Shown piece by piece: positions 28,146-38,038 of a stretch of DNA of 54,915 nucleotides. The stretch lies in the IMG/VR virus record IMGVR_UViG_3300025115_000013, positions 1-54,915 of that record. One strand, 5' to 3'. Origin of the DNA: a virus (taxonomy: Duplodnaviria; Caudoviricetes). A program made the position numbers and the translations under genes. The notes beneath the pieces were generated by a model. The model saw only the letters and a list, made by a program, of their open reading frames with translations, did no database searches and was not told where the DNA came from. How positions within the stretch are numbered: the first letter of the stretch is position 1; each line of letters begins with the position of its first letter.

Positions 28146-30254
28146 ATGCCAACACAAAAACCAACCTTAAAGTTAGCAACTCAATATATTCAACAAGTTG
28201 TAGGTAAAACCCCTACACAACAAGAGACCCTTATGCTACTAGACAAGTGGACGACAAATTCGGCATCTTTTAAGAAAGCATTGCAGTGGATTAAAGATAC
28301 CACCCCTCCAACAGCGCAACAGGAAGAAGCACAAGAAAAAAAGCCTTCAATACCTTTAGTTAAAAAATATATGTCTACCGTTATGGGGGAAGCTAACCCA
28401 TCTTCTGCTGAAGTCGCAGCAATATTGCAACAGTGGCAGAATACCCCTGTTGCATTTAACAAAGCAATGCAATCTATGCTGCAATCTATACAAAGTATGC
28501 AGAATACAAAAGCATTAGGACCAAAAGAAATACCTGCTGAACAAGGTGTTGTACCGAGTGTTGATTTCGTAAAAGAATATCTTAAAGTAGTCTCTGGCGA
28601 CGCAAAACCGACTGCTGCCAGAATTAAGACTCTTGTTGACATGTGGGCTAATAATCAGGCAGGTTACCAAGAAGCGCAGGTTCATTTAGCTAAAGTAAAG
28701 GCTGGCCTAACTAAAAAACCGGCACCTGTTGACAAAGGACCAACATTACCAAACCAACTCAACGCAATTGCAAAGCAAACAGAACCAGGAGCAACTGAGA
28801 ACGAATCGTTTAACGATATCGAAGTCGCAGGGTTACTTGCAACCGTTAAACAGGAACTAAAGAAAAAGTTTAATCCTAAAGACCAACCGTGGGGTAGCAA
28901 CCACTCTAAATACAAGAAAGCATATTCACAAGTAGTAAGCAAAACGCGGTCTGTTCAAAACAAAACTGGGTTCTTAACTGCTGTAATCAAAACTCTTAAC
29001 CCAACGTTCAAACCGGGCGCAGGCAAGGTAAGTGCTAAACCGGGAGAGTTCCATTCAATGACTATGCCATCTGACCCGCTAAGTCCGTTTGCCCAAACTA
29101 TGGCTATGTCTCCTGAGAAAAAAGAAAAAGCAACAGCGTTAAAAGCAAAGATCGCAGAGTACGAGGCGTTACTTAAAAAATTAAAAGACGAACAAAAGAA
29201 AGCATCAACTGCACTATCAAAAACGCAGTCCGAAAAAGAAAAATTAGGCGGTATTAACGAAAAATTACTGAAGTACTTTTCGTTCATTGAGAAGAACTGT
29301 AGCCAATACTTAGCCGCAGTTAAAGAAGCTAACGGAAGGTTATTATTTCGTGGACAAGACGACGCCGCGCAGCCGATCTTCGTTGCGTACCCAAGGCTAG
29401 ATCGTGAACCAAAAGATAGCGATCCAGAAGCACAAAAACTCATAGACAAATACTTGTCTGCCTTAGGTTTTAAAGCACTGCGGAGTAACAGTTTATTCAC
29501 TACGTCAAGTGAAAATAACGCAAGTAATTACGGTACTGTATATGCTATCTTCCCTAAAAATGGTTTTGAATATACCTGGTCAACCAAACACGACGATTTA
29601 GTTATTCATAGCGTTCACGACATCGGTGGCGACGAAGAAGACACCGATGATGTGTATTACAATTACGAAGATTGGCAACGGCAGTTCTCTGATTATGCCG
29701 AGGAATTAGACAGAGCAATAGAAGACGACCCGTCTATGTTTAACATAGCAGACGAAGACATTGAAGACGAAGATGTGTTCTATAAAAATCTAAAAAAGTA
29801 TATAACTGCTATAACTAAAATGCCCGAATACAAGGTATTCAAAGCAGCATATAACAAGTACTACGACCTCGATACGTACAACAATAGTGCTGCAGAATTT
29901 CACCAGAAATTTGCTATTATGGCAGAAGCATTCATTAAATTTATGAATGTTAGCAAATTTAAACTCTTATCAGCTGCCGAACTTAAACAGCTTAATAAGA
30001 AGATCGAACATGCTAAAAAGTCATCAGCCGAACCTAAAGGTAATGAGATCAAGGCTAAAGCACAGTCTGCAATTAAGTCTTTTGGTTTTGTAAAAGAAAA
30101 TTTACCGGCAGCACTAAAGGCAAGGCACGAAGTTATGGTAGTCGGAGAATATATTGCAGTTAACTATGAGCAATTTAGTAACGAGATAGAACAGTACTTT
30201 ATTAAACCAAGTAAGACAACTAAAGTTTCTAAGCCAACCGCTAAGAAAAAGTAA
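28146..30254 (+). CDS. large protein with N-terminal helical repeats and putative ADP-ribosyltransferase-like domain
   Basis: three ~60-aa repeats; LFRG, FTTSS, HEV (R-S-E-like); TATAAATA late promoter upstream. Confidence 0.5.
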   Translation: MPTQKPTLKLATQYIQQVVGKTPTQQETLMLLDKWTTNSASFKKALQWIKDTTPPTAQQEEAQEKKPSIPLVKKYMSTVMGEANPSSAEVAAILQQWQNTPVAFNKAMQSMLQSIQSMQNTKALGPKEIPAEQGVVPSVDFVKEYLKVVSGDAKPTAARIKTLVDMWANNQAGYQEAQVHLAKVKAGLTKKPAPVDKGPTLPNQLNAIAKQTEPGATENESFNDIEVAGLLATVKQELKKKFNPKDQPWGSNHSKYKKAYSQVVSKTRSVQNKTGFLTAVIKTLNPTFKPGAGKVSAKPGEFHSMTMPSDPLSPFAQTMAMSPEKKEKATALKAKIAEYEALLKKLKDEQKKASTALSKTQSEKEKLGGINEKLLKYFSFIEKNCSQYLAAVKEANGRLLFRGQDDAAQPIFVAYPRLDREPKDSDPEAQKLIDKYLSALGFKALRSNSLFTTSSENNASNYGTVYAIFPKNGFEYTWSTKHDDLVIHSVHDIGGDEEDTDDVYYNYEDWQRQFSDYAEELDRAIEDDPSMFNIADEDIEDEDVFYKNLKKYITAITKMPEYKVFKAAYNKYYDLDTYNNSAAEFHQKFAIMAEAFIKFMNVSKFKLLSAAELKQLNKKIEHAKKSSAEPKGNEIKAKAQSAIKSFGFVKENLPAALKARHEVMVVGEYIAVNYEQFSNEIEQYFIKPSKTTKVSKPTAKKK

Positions 30255-30992
30255 CTACTCTAATCCACGCTTTTGTTTAGCTAATTGAACCGCAGCTTGT
30301 GCGGCTGGCGTTAACGGAGATGCCAAAAATCTTTTAAGTTTCCTTGCGGCTTCACGCATAAGAACCGTAACTTCCTCTTCAGACTTTCGATCTGTCATTC
30401 GAGATACCATCTGCCGTTGAGTTTGTTTAAGGTTATTGTCTACTAATGCAAATTGATCATCAAACATCATTGCATAAAAACTTTCGTGCTTTTTAGTTGC
30501 TTGATATGCTCTTGCAAAATATTTAGGGTCAACTGGGCGATCGCGATCTTTTGGATCTGTCGCATTAGCAAACCTGTCTTTTGCTCGTTCCCACGCTAAC
30601 TTCATTTCAACATCGACAAATATCATAAATGTTTGATATCCAACTGACTCTAATTCTCGTTTCAAATTCATTAAACTTTCATAATCGCGGCCAGTTGTAT
30701 TGATAATTAAACCCAACATTTCTTGCTGTAAAATTGTTTGTTTGCGACGAGTAGCTTGTAAACTTTGCTTATACCCTTGGTTGTCGTGAGAAATATTTGC
30801 TTTTGCTCGTTGCAAATATGCAAGGGTGTGGTCTATGTCCTGTAATTTAAGACCAGCAGCTTTTAATCCAAGAGCTTTTAATACTGCATTTTTACCAGCG
30901 CCTGGCGGGCCAGCTAAAAATACAGCCTTAAATATCCCCGGATCTCTAAAGCCTTCGTCTAAATCTGCCGTATAAAATTCGTTTAATTGCAT
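30255..30992 (-). CDS. P-loop kinase (zeta/AAA_33-like)
   Basis: KAVFLAGPPGAGK, LIINTTG, MIFVD..A.ER. Confidence 0.75.
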   Translation of the reverse strand: MQLNEFYTADLDEGFRDPGIFKAVFLAGPPGAGKNAVLKALGLKAAGLKLQDIDHTLAYLQRAKANISHDNQGYKQSLQATRRKQTILQQEMLGLIINTTGRDYESLMNLKRELESVGYQTFMIFVDVEMKLAWERAKDRFANATDPKDRDRPVDPKYFARAYQATKKHESFYAMMFDDQFALVDNNLKQTQRQMVSRMTDRKSEEEVTVLMREAARKLKRFLASPLTPAAQAAVQLAKQKRGLE

Positions 30993-31004
30993 AAGAATAT
31001 TTAG

Positions 31005-31036
31005 TCAAAATAATAGGGACCGAAGTCCCTATTATT
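31005..31036 (-). terminator. intrinsic terminator after tmRNA
   Basis: AATAATAGGGAC-TTCG-GTCCCTATTATT followed by T-run. Confidence 0.8.
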
Positions 31037-31335
31037 ACTATTTTGGGTTATAAGGGATAGTTCCCCCAGAGTTATCATGCTGCTAGAGCATATACCTCAT
31101 TGTTAGCTGCGTTTGCAGTTATAGTTTTGTTTTCTTCGACCGGGTCTGCCGACCTTCATGGCTATGAGCCATGCGTCAACACAGAATACCCCAATCCTAC
31201 GGCTTCAAACTCTTGCCGAGCGCCATTCGTTCTATTTAACCCTTTGTCGATTCCTTTCACCCCCTCAGTGGTGGAGGTGGCGGCATCCGAGAGCCGCGTC
31301 CAAAAAGCTCTTAATAACTAAGGTTTACGCTGTTT
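31037..31335 (-). ncRNA. ssrA: circularly permuted (two-piece) tmRNA, tag ANAANNEVYALAA
   Basis: acceptor piece ending CACCTCCACCA (31269) precedes GGGGGTGAAAGGAATCGAC (31264); tag ORF 31116-31075 after ATAACT. Confidence 0.9.
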
Positions 31336-31932
31336 TTAATCTCCCTCTTTTAAGTCCTAGTATGTCAAATTTATTGTCATTTGGCAATAAAATAAAAATT
31401 TTGTTTTCCGTCATACAACAATTCTTACTACACTACTATTTAAGTAGAGTGCTCGATATTTGTCAATCAAATTGGCTATTAAATTTCGAAACTACTGCTA
31501 GTACACAGTAGCATCCTATAAGAAGTAAAAATTCAGCCATTGCATTCGCTTTCAGAGCAATATTCACTCACTATGTCGTAAAGACGCAAAGAACGAGGTG
31601 TTCTAATTTCCAATAAGTGTTCAATCAGTTGTAGTAGCGACATTGGTTTTCTCCATTAGTCTAAAGCTTGTGGCAAAGGATCGACGAGACGGACTATCGA
31701 ATGTTGATAGCCATATTATTACCTGTTTGATAATGTTAGTCATATAAATCTCCTAATAGTATTTATTGCAGTGCAACAATTATACAATTTTAGGGATCAT
31801 TAATTTATAACGGACGGTTAGCATGAAGCGTGTCGAGACTATTACCGCCAATCTACTATGGCCTTTCACCATACCAAACAGCATTAGACCTTACTATGCT
31901 GTTTTACCTTCACTACTCTGCGTTATATTTCT

Positions 31933-32019
31933 TGGCGGAAGGACGGGGACTCGAACCCCGACAACCATTTCTGGTCGGCAGATTAGCAATCTGCTGGAAT
32001 ACCATTATCCGACCCTTCC
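31933..32019 (-). tRNA. tRNA-Ser(GCT)
   Basis: cloverleaf, long variable arm, CCA. Confidence 0.9.
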
Positions 32020-32027
32020 TTAATCTT

Positions 32028-32102
32028 TGGCTCCGAAGGGTGGGATCGAACCACCGACACACGGATTAACAGTCCGTCGTTCTGCCGCTGAACTACTTCG
32101 GA
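32028..32102 (-). tRNA. tRNA-Asn(GTT)
   Basis: cloverleaf, CCA. Confidence 0.92.
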
Positions 32103-32122
32103 ATTGCATCACTATTTATCGA

Positions 32123-32198
32123 TGGTGCTGGGTGAAGGACTCGAACCTTCATCATTCTCCTTGTAAGGGAGATGTCTAACCTCTCAAACCAACCCAGC
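32123..32198 (-). tRNA. tRNA-Val(TAC)
   Basis: cloverleaf, CCA. Confidence 0.9.
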
Positions 32199-32348
32199 AT
32201 TGTTCTGTTTTTCTTGCAGCTTGTCTTTATCGGTCACAGGTTCTTCTTTAGCAGGCTTTTTAAAGATTGCATCCCATCGTTCCTCAAACTCTTTTTGCGG
32301 AATACTAACTGGTCTGGGAGTGCTACCTTTGCCTGCTTCATGTGCCAT
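32184..32348 (-). CDS. small phage protein (54 aa, not in ORF track)
   Basis: MAHEAGKGSTPRP..FEERWDAIF; stop lies inside tRNA-Val. Confidence 0.55.
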   Translation of the reverse strand: MAHEAGKGSTPRPVSIPQKEFEERWDAIFKKPAKEEPVTDKDKLQEKQNNAGLV

Positions 32349-32362
32349 ACTGTGTCCTATCT

Positions 32363-32436
32363 TGGAGCGGATAGCCAGAATCGAACTGGCGTCTTATGCT
32401 TGGCAAGCATAGGTAATACCATTATACGATATCCGC
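32363..32436 (-). tRNA. tRNA-Gly(GCC)
   Basis: cloverleaf, U73, CCA. Confidence 0.92.
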
Positions 32437-32444
32437 ATACTTCT

Positions 32445-32518
32445 TGGTGGAGGTGGAGAGAATCGAACTCTCACGAAAAGCTTGCAAAGCTTCCAGGCTC
32501 CCATTACATCACACCCCC
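32445..32518 (-). tRNA. tRNA-Ala(TGC)
   Basis: G3:U70, CCA. Confidence 0.9.
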
Positions 32519-32525
32519 AATGTTC

Positions 32526-32601
32526 TGGTGCCCCCGGACGGATTCGAACCGCCGACATCCAGTTTACAAAACTGGCGCTCTACCAACTGAGCTACAAGGG
32601 C
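32526..32601 (-). tRNA. tRNA-Thr(TGT)
   Basis: cloverleaf, CCA. Confidence 0.93.
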
Positions 32602-32653
32602 AAATCTTTTACTACAGAGGTATTTATCCCAATAAACAACTCTGTTAAAATCT

Positions 32654-32731
32654 TGGTCGGACATGTAGGATTCGAACCTACGTTATGCTGCATCCCAAAT
32701 GCAGTGCCATACCAGGCTAGGCGAATGTCCG
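32654..32731 (-). tRNA. tRNA-Pro(TGG)
   Basis: cloverleaf, CCA. Confidence 0.92.
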
Positions 32732-32745
32732 TAATTCTTTACTAA

Positions 32746-32860
32746 ACCATATAGAAGTAGATTGAACGGCGTAGGTTATAGTGCCGCTCATCTGGCAGGA
32801 CGACTTGAGAACGCTTCGGCTGCCACCGTATGGCCTCTCGTCAATCTGCTTTTATATGGT
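32746..32860 (-). ncRNA. putative helix-closed small RNA
   Basis: ~20-bp terminal inverted repeat ACCATATAGAAGTAGATTGA/TCAATCTGCTTTTATATGGT around a GC-rich core. Confidence 0.5.
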
Positions 32861-32940
32861 GCCCGGGGCCGGACTCGAACCGGCACGCCATAAGCGAGGG
32901 ATTTTAAGTCCCTTGCGTCTACCTATTTCGCCACCCGGGC
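32857..32940 (-). tRNA. tRNA-Leu(TAA)
   Basis: cloverleaf, variable arm, CCA. Confidence 0.93.
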
Positions 32941-32990
32941 ATAAATTCTTAAAGATCAATTACTACCTTACTGCACTACTTATGCTTTAT

Positions 32991-33018
32991 ATTATACAGG
33001 AATTTTATTTATTGTCAA
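32991..33018 (-). promoter_or_regulatory. sigma70 promoter of small tRNA cluster
   Basis: GG-TTGACA-N16-TATAAT. Confidence 0.8.
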
Positions 33019-33121
33019 CCTATTTTCAAACTGTTTTACTACGTTATCAAATTCTTCATTAGTGATACTCTTTGCTTTTGCTTTGCAATATATCTAAGTA
33101 TATACCTTTATAAAATTTTGT

Positions 33122-33742
33122 CTATTGTTTTGGACAAGATTCTAATTTTTCAATTTCATCTAACAATTGTAAAATTCTCCCAACAATTCCTTCGCTGTAC
33201 GTTCTGTTAAACACCGATTCATCACTGCCCGGAGACGAAACAAGTTGACATATACTTGATAGTATCGGGTACTGTATTCGAACCTCCCATTCACCATTTT
33301 CTGTCATTGATAATGAATGGGAGTTGCGTGTTGGGATGTTCAATGAATGAAATAATTTTTCTTTTTCATGATCGATATCCATATTATACGAACCGAAGTT
33401 AAAAAGTACCCCGTTTTTTAACATCTCAACCCCGTTTATAATCATTGACGAGATAGTCAATGACATATTTTCTACTATTTTATTATCAACACATACTACA
33501 TCGTTATCTGTTTTGTTACAGAATTTAATAGATAGAAAAAACTCAGACTGAATCGGGTCAACGGTAGTGCTAGTAATCTCTGCTTCGTTAATAACCAGGT
33601 CATTAAAAATTACGTTATTGTTAATACTAACGCAAACCAAAGGCCAGTTAGTTTTAGCCGAAACCGAAGCTAATTTTAAAATAACGTCGGCTTTTTTATG
33701 ATTGTATAATTCTTTTATCTCAGGCGGAATTAGTGTTTTCAT
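33122..33742 (-). CDS. hypothetical protein
   Basis: 206-aa ORF coupled to radical SAM gene. Confidence 0.55.
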   Translation of the reverse strand: MKTLIPPEIKELYNHKKADVILKLASVSAKTNWPLVCVSINNNVIFNDLVINEAEITSTTVDPIQSEFFLSIKFCNKTDNDVVCVDNKIVENMSLTISSMIINGVEMLKNGVLFNFGSYNMDIDHEKEKLFHSLNIPTRNSHSLSMTENGEWEVRIQYPILSSICQLVSSPGSDESVFNRTYSEGIVGRILQLLDEIEKLESCPKQ

Positions 33743-35243
33743 AATAATTGTCTAAATACTTTTGTAAATTGACCTCAATTTGTGTTAAATTTAAAAGTTG
33801 TTGATTACCAACAAAATATCCTAATTCAACCGTTACAAAGTGCTGTATAAGTCGTCTCCTAACTCGCTCGGGATACGTATACAACGGATCCGACTTAACA
33901 GTCCAGAATACTTTAGAATCTGCATTTTCAATTTGATACTTGTCTTTATTTTTTACTAAAGGCATAAATTCATTCAAAAACAAAGGGGGGCCCATATCTA
34001 TCCGTACTGTCCCATTTGCTACGTATTTTTGACAAGCTATGATAAACCGAAGAGTATTTAGAAACCTCTCTTCCGTTTCATTATAAAACCCCGAAAACAT
34101 CAACAATGTTGATTTAAGATTGTGTTGAGATAGTTGCTCTAGTTCATCTAATGTATCTTCTACCGTAACTTGCTTTCTCATTGCAGCCAGAACGTCGTTA
34201 TCTCCACTTTCTGTGCCTATAGTTAGATTATGTGCACCCGATGATACCAGTAAACTATAATGATCTGCTCGCAGTTTGCTCTGCGGCCTTGTTATGTATT
34301 GACCGATCCACGTAATTTTTTTATCGTTTGATGAATTATAATCTGATATTTTTTCTAATAATTCATAAAAAGTTTTTGTAGACCCATTTACTAAACTATC
34401 AGTAAAATCAAAATTGTATATCTGATACCGGTTAATTTGTAGTACCATTTCAGAAAATACATCGGTTGCTGTTCTATACTTGTATTTTCCAAAAAATCCT
34501 GCAACATCACAGAACGTGCAGTCCCTAACACACCCTGTACTACCTGTAATAAGCAGAGCTTTATTTCCGTGCCATAGATATAGATCTAGATCATAATCAT
34601 CATAATTAGGCACCGGGGATGTGTAGTTACTGTTAACAATGTTAAATTTATCAAAGGTACAATCTGCCGTGTTGCTTCTGACTTTGGTCGACAAAATTTT
34701 CGGTAACTCGGTAAACTCATTACTAAGAATTGCATAATCCGCGAACTTTTTATTCGAAAGCAAGGCATGGAACTGCGTTGATTCCTCAAGTCTTGATATT
34801 AGCCCAGTTAACGAAGTGCTATTAATTATAGCTCCTTTTCCTCCAATTATAACTGTAACTTCCGAAATAGTTTTAATGTATTTAGATAGTACAAAAGCTG
34901 CTCGCTGCTGTAAATTAGAGAACACACTAAGACCCACAATTGTGGTCTTATTGTTAATATAAGTGTCATACACATACTTTGCCCACACAGTTAACGATTC
35001 TATGTCTTCAATGGTTACCTCGTAAGGTTCAAAGATTTTTACCTCATTGATATATCTATCTAAACGTCTGTTACATTTGTTAAATAGATCTATCCCTAAG
35101 TCAATGGTTTTGCAAGAAAAACCATAGCTTTCTACTGCGCCTTTTAGTATTGCAGGAGCAGCAGGTGGCTTTTCATTAAATGCTGAAGGCAACGAAAAAA
35201 TTATAATATCAACCATATCTAGTATATATCCCTTAACTAACAC
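33720..35243 (-). CDS. B12-binding-domain radical SAM protein
   Basis: PPAAPAILK, VGLSVFS, IIGG, GCVRDCTFC, FTDSLVNG, IGTESG. Confidence 0.88.
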   Translation of the reverse strand: MLVKGYILDMVDIIIFSLPSAFNEKPPAAPAILKGAVESYGFSCKTIDLGIDLFNKCNRRLDRYINEVKIFEPYEVTIEDIESLTVWAKYVYDTYINNKTTIVGLSVFSNLQQRAAFVLSKYIKTISEVTVIIGGKGAIINSTSLTGLISRLEESTQFHALLSNKKFADYAILSNEFTELPKILSTKVRSNTADCTFDKFNIVNSNYTSPVPNYDDYDLDLYLWHGNKALLITGSTGCVRDCTFCDVAGFFGKYKYRTATDVFSEMVLQINRYQIYNFDFTDSLVNGSTKTFYELLEKISDYNSSNDKKITWIGQYITRPQSKLRADHYSLLVSSGAHNLTIGTESGDNDVLAAMRKQVTVEDTLDELEQLSQHNLKSTLLMFSGFYNETEERFLNTLRFIIACQKYVANGTVRIDMGPPLFLNEFMPLVKNKDKYQIENADSKVFWTVKSDPLYTYPERVRRRLIQHFVTVELGYFVGNQQLLNLTQIEVNLQKYLDNYYENTNSA

Positions 35244-35315
35244 ATCACAAGATCTTATTTTCTTTAAACAATTTTACTAAATAAATAATATACATACTTC
35301 ATATGGAGAAATAAT

Positions 35316-35663
35316 ATGAGACTTTCTTGTTACAAACATTCGACCTTGGTTTTTTCGTCCACCAACGAAGCCCTCGATAGTATCTTCCTTTCTGTCAGAG
35401 AATCATTCCCTGCCAACATCAGTGAAATTCTTATTAATACAACTAACCGAAATTTATCTTTTTACTTACCAAAATCAAAGATTTTAGTTGTTTGCAGCGA
35501 AAATAACGCATATCCGCCCGAGATGGTCAACGCTCACAAATGGCCAGCAGATTCCAAATGGATACAAGTAAATGTACACGAGTTATCATTTGATGAGATA
35601 ACTGAACTTAAAAATGCACCCGAGTCTGATGCAGCTTTTAATGCATGTGGATACACAAAGTAA
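35316..35663 (+). CDS. hypothetical protein
   Basis: 115 aa; ATAAATA and GGAG upstream. Confidence 0.55.
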   Translation: MRLSCYKHSTLVFSSTNEALDSIFLSVRESFPANISEILINTTNRNLSFYLPKSKILVVCSENNAYPPEMVNAHKWPADSKWIQVNVHELSFDEITELKNAPESDAAFNACGYTK

Positions 35664-35667
35664 ATAA

Positions 35668-36381
35668 TTGTTTAGGTTAGGTTTCCTTATTGCATCAGCT
35701 ATCAATACACGCTTCGGCGTGTATGATACTGCTTCTCGTTTGCAGCAAACATTAGACACTATAGCAAGCATCAAAGCTCGCTGTAAAGATCCACACATTA
35801 CGTTAATCGAGATGGCTGCAATCCCGTTAACAGATGAACAACGAGCTACGTTAAAAGCCAGTGTTCATGTGTTGATAGAATTTTCTAACGATGAAGTTGT
35901 AAAACAAATATCTAAGAGCAACAACTGGAATATTATTAAGAACATGACCGAAATGCTTTGTTTCCGCCACGCCTTAAAACTTATGCAAGGCACAGAGTTT
36001 TACAAAGAAGTTACTCGTTTTGTAAAAGTGTCTGGGCGGTATAAACTAAACACCGACTTTAAAGAAAGTGTTATGAAGAAAGCCGGCGATCGTGTAGTCT
36101 TTGCCTCACGCCGTAAAAGTCAATTCCCATCTAACATTACCAAAGGTGTAACTGAACAATTCATGAGTCGCTGCTGGAGTTTTCCTGCTAAAGATATTGC
36201 TGCGGTAGAAAAAATGTACGAAGCGATGCTCAACCATATGCAGCAAGTACTAGGGCAAGGTGGTTACATAGATATCGAACATTTGTTGTTTACTTACAGC
36301 AAAATGTTCGACATATACGAAGTTAAAAAAGTTGGTGTTGAAGGTAATATTGGTCCGAACGGTGCTTTAGTTAGAGACTAG
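35668..36381 (+). CDS. hypothetical protein, possibly glycosyltransferase-like
   Basis: ASAIN..RLQQTLDTI.SI, FVKVSGRY, DIEH. Confidence 0.55.
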   Translation: MFRLGFLIASAINTRFGVYDTASRLQQTLDTIASIKARCKDPHITLIEMAAIPLTDEQRATLKASVHVLIEFSNDEVVKQISKSNNWNIIKNMTEMLCFRHALKLMQGTEFYKEVTRFVKVSGRYKLNTDFKESVMKKAGDRVVFASRRKSQFPSNITKGVTEQFMSRCWSFPAKDIAAVEKMYEAMLNHMQQVLGQGGYIDIEHLLFTYSKMFDIYEVKKVGVEGNIGPNGALVRD

Positions 36382-37145
36382 AAGTAAAAGCACCCGGGAC
36401 GATTAAAAAAGCACTCATTTTCTTGTAACGTTCTACGAGCACTAAAAGTTTCTAACACTGTCTCTTTACCTAGACCTTGTGCAATGCTGTAAGTAAAAGT
36501 TTGGTTACTTAAGAAGCCGTCGGCTCCCGCAATAACTTGCGCTAACTCTAAGAAATCTTTAACTGGGTAATACGGAATATCTACACCAAACGTATTCTTA
36601 AAATCTTCGTGTTCTTGCGGTAGCCCAACAAATACCCCGTCTGTAGTTAACCGATTGGTCATGATTAAATTCATCCAGATGTTGTTAGTATTTGGTGCTG
36701 CACTTCTCCATCGTGGACTTCGAGCAACAACAAACTTCGCAACACGTTTGGGATTAGGCACTGTTAACCAAGGTTTAATAAGATCAGCATCTGTAAACGG
36801 AATGTTGAACGTTGTATAGAATGCACCTAAGAAATTACCTTTGTACTTGCTATGAATAACGCCGCGAAACTCGTCTAAATCTACGTCAATCTTATGTGTC
36901 TGTTCGTCGTAAACTGCTACTGAATTAATATACTCCTGGGCTTCTAATAGAGGCTTTAGTAAGCCAAAGTCTTTCTGTGATAACTTACCTACGTACTCAG
37001 GTGGAACTCCGCCATTTCCATATTTTTGTATCACGTTAGGTATATTGTTTAACTTAACGAAATAACCCCCTCGACCGTAGTGTTTAACTACTGCAAGTGA
37101 ATAAATTAGATCGCCTAAGTTTCCGGAATTAGAGAATGTTTTCAT
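36378..37145 (-). CDS. GT9/heptosyltransferase-like glycosyltransferase
   Basis: SGNLGDLIYSL, FVGLPQE, FLELAQVIAGADGFLSNQ. Confidence 0.7.
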   Translation of the reverse strand: MKTFSNSGNLGDLIYSLAVVKHYGRGGYFVKLNNIPNVIQKYGNGGVPPEYVGKLSQKDFGLLKPLLEAQEYINSVAVYDEQTHKIDVDLDEFRGVIHSKYKGNFLGAFYTTFNIPFTDADLIKPWLTVPNPKRVAKFVVARSPRWRSAAPNTNNIWMNLIMTNRLTTDGVFVGLPQEHEDFKNTFGVDIPYYPVKDFLELAQVIAGADGFLSNQTFTYSIAQGLGKETVLETFSARRTLQENECFFNRPGCFYF

Positions 37146-37173
37146 TTAATTATTTGATTTCTTTAGCCAGAAA

Positions 37174-37748
37174 TTACTTTCGTTTTAATACAACTTCAAT
37201 CGAGCACTCTGTATTTGGTAACAATGTTTGGTCGCCGGCTTGGTCTAAGTCAAAAACTCATTGATTAGTTGTATTTTTCTATCGTAACAGTTGTGGAGAA
37301 TTGCTTTAGCAAATCAATCAAGTTAATAGATACTGGCGACCAACTTCTATCTTTACAGATTGTAAATGTGTGCTTATGATCAGCATTACCTTTACTCGGC
37401 CAAATTCCACGTTCATACATATCTTCATCGGGCAGTTACTATTAAGTACCCCTCTGGTTTTAATACACGCAGCCAGTTAGATAATGCAACCGGTACATCT
37501 ATCATATGCTCTAAGCAATGGCTTGAATGAACAAAATCAAAAGAATTATCCGGAATAGTCTGTAGATACTGAGCATCACCATTCTCTATATCCCAGGAAG
37601 TAATACTGTCTATCCCAATAAACGAGCTCATAACTTTCTCTAGAGAATCGGATCCAGCTCCAACATCTAATCCGTCGCCCACAAAGTAAGCCGAGTGGAA
37701 ATTTCCATCATTGAACCTACGTTTTGCTGCTTTGCTTTGCTCAAACAT
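37174..37748 (-). pseudogene. class I SAM methyltransferase with two frameshifts (or sequencing errors)
   Basis: LDVGAG, FDFVHSSHCLEH, WLRVLKPEG; continues PDEDMYE..HKHTFTI in another frame, then again after a T-run. Confidence 0.7.
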
Positions 37749-37754
37749 TAGGAA

Positions 37755-37946
37755 TCATTCTGTGTCTTTAGGAACGCGAACTGCTTTAGAACGGGTTGCT
37801 GCTTCGTGCATTGCAATACCCATCGATCGCATAAAGAAATTATTCTCAGCTTTGGTTTTTCCATGCATTAATGCTGCTTGCCCTTTAATTGACTTATGCA
37901 ACGTCATACCCTTAGGGCACTTTAACGCTTTTTGATTGTCAAACAT
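37755..37946 (-). CDS. small hypothetical protein
   Basis: 63 aa, AAGGA RBS. Confidence 0.5.
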   Translation of the reverse strand: MFDNQKALKCPKGMTLHKSIKGQAALMHGKTKAENNFFMRSMGIAMHEAATRSKAVRVPKDTE

Positions 37947-38038
37947 GATATTCCTTTTTAAAAGTAAAAATATTTATGGACTGCACAGGCTACAAAAAAT
38001 AAAGGACCCAAAGGGCCTTTATTTGATTACTCACAAAC

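Noticed and set aside
31100-31511. Plus-strand ORFs 31100-31321 and 31158-31511
   Set aside because: Antisense to tmRNA
31823-33062. Plus-strand ORFs of 66-158 aa
   Set aside because: Antisense shadows of tRNA genes
37174-37748. Programmed frameshifting in the methyltransferase
   Set aside because: Two independent shifts, one in a T-run, with no slippery-site/stimulator structure; decay or sequencing error is more likely
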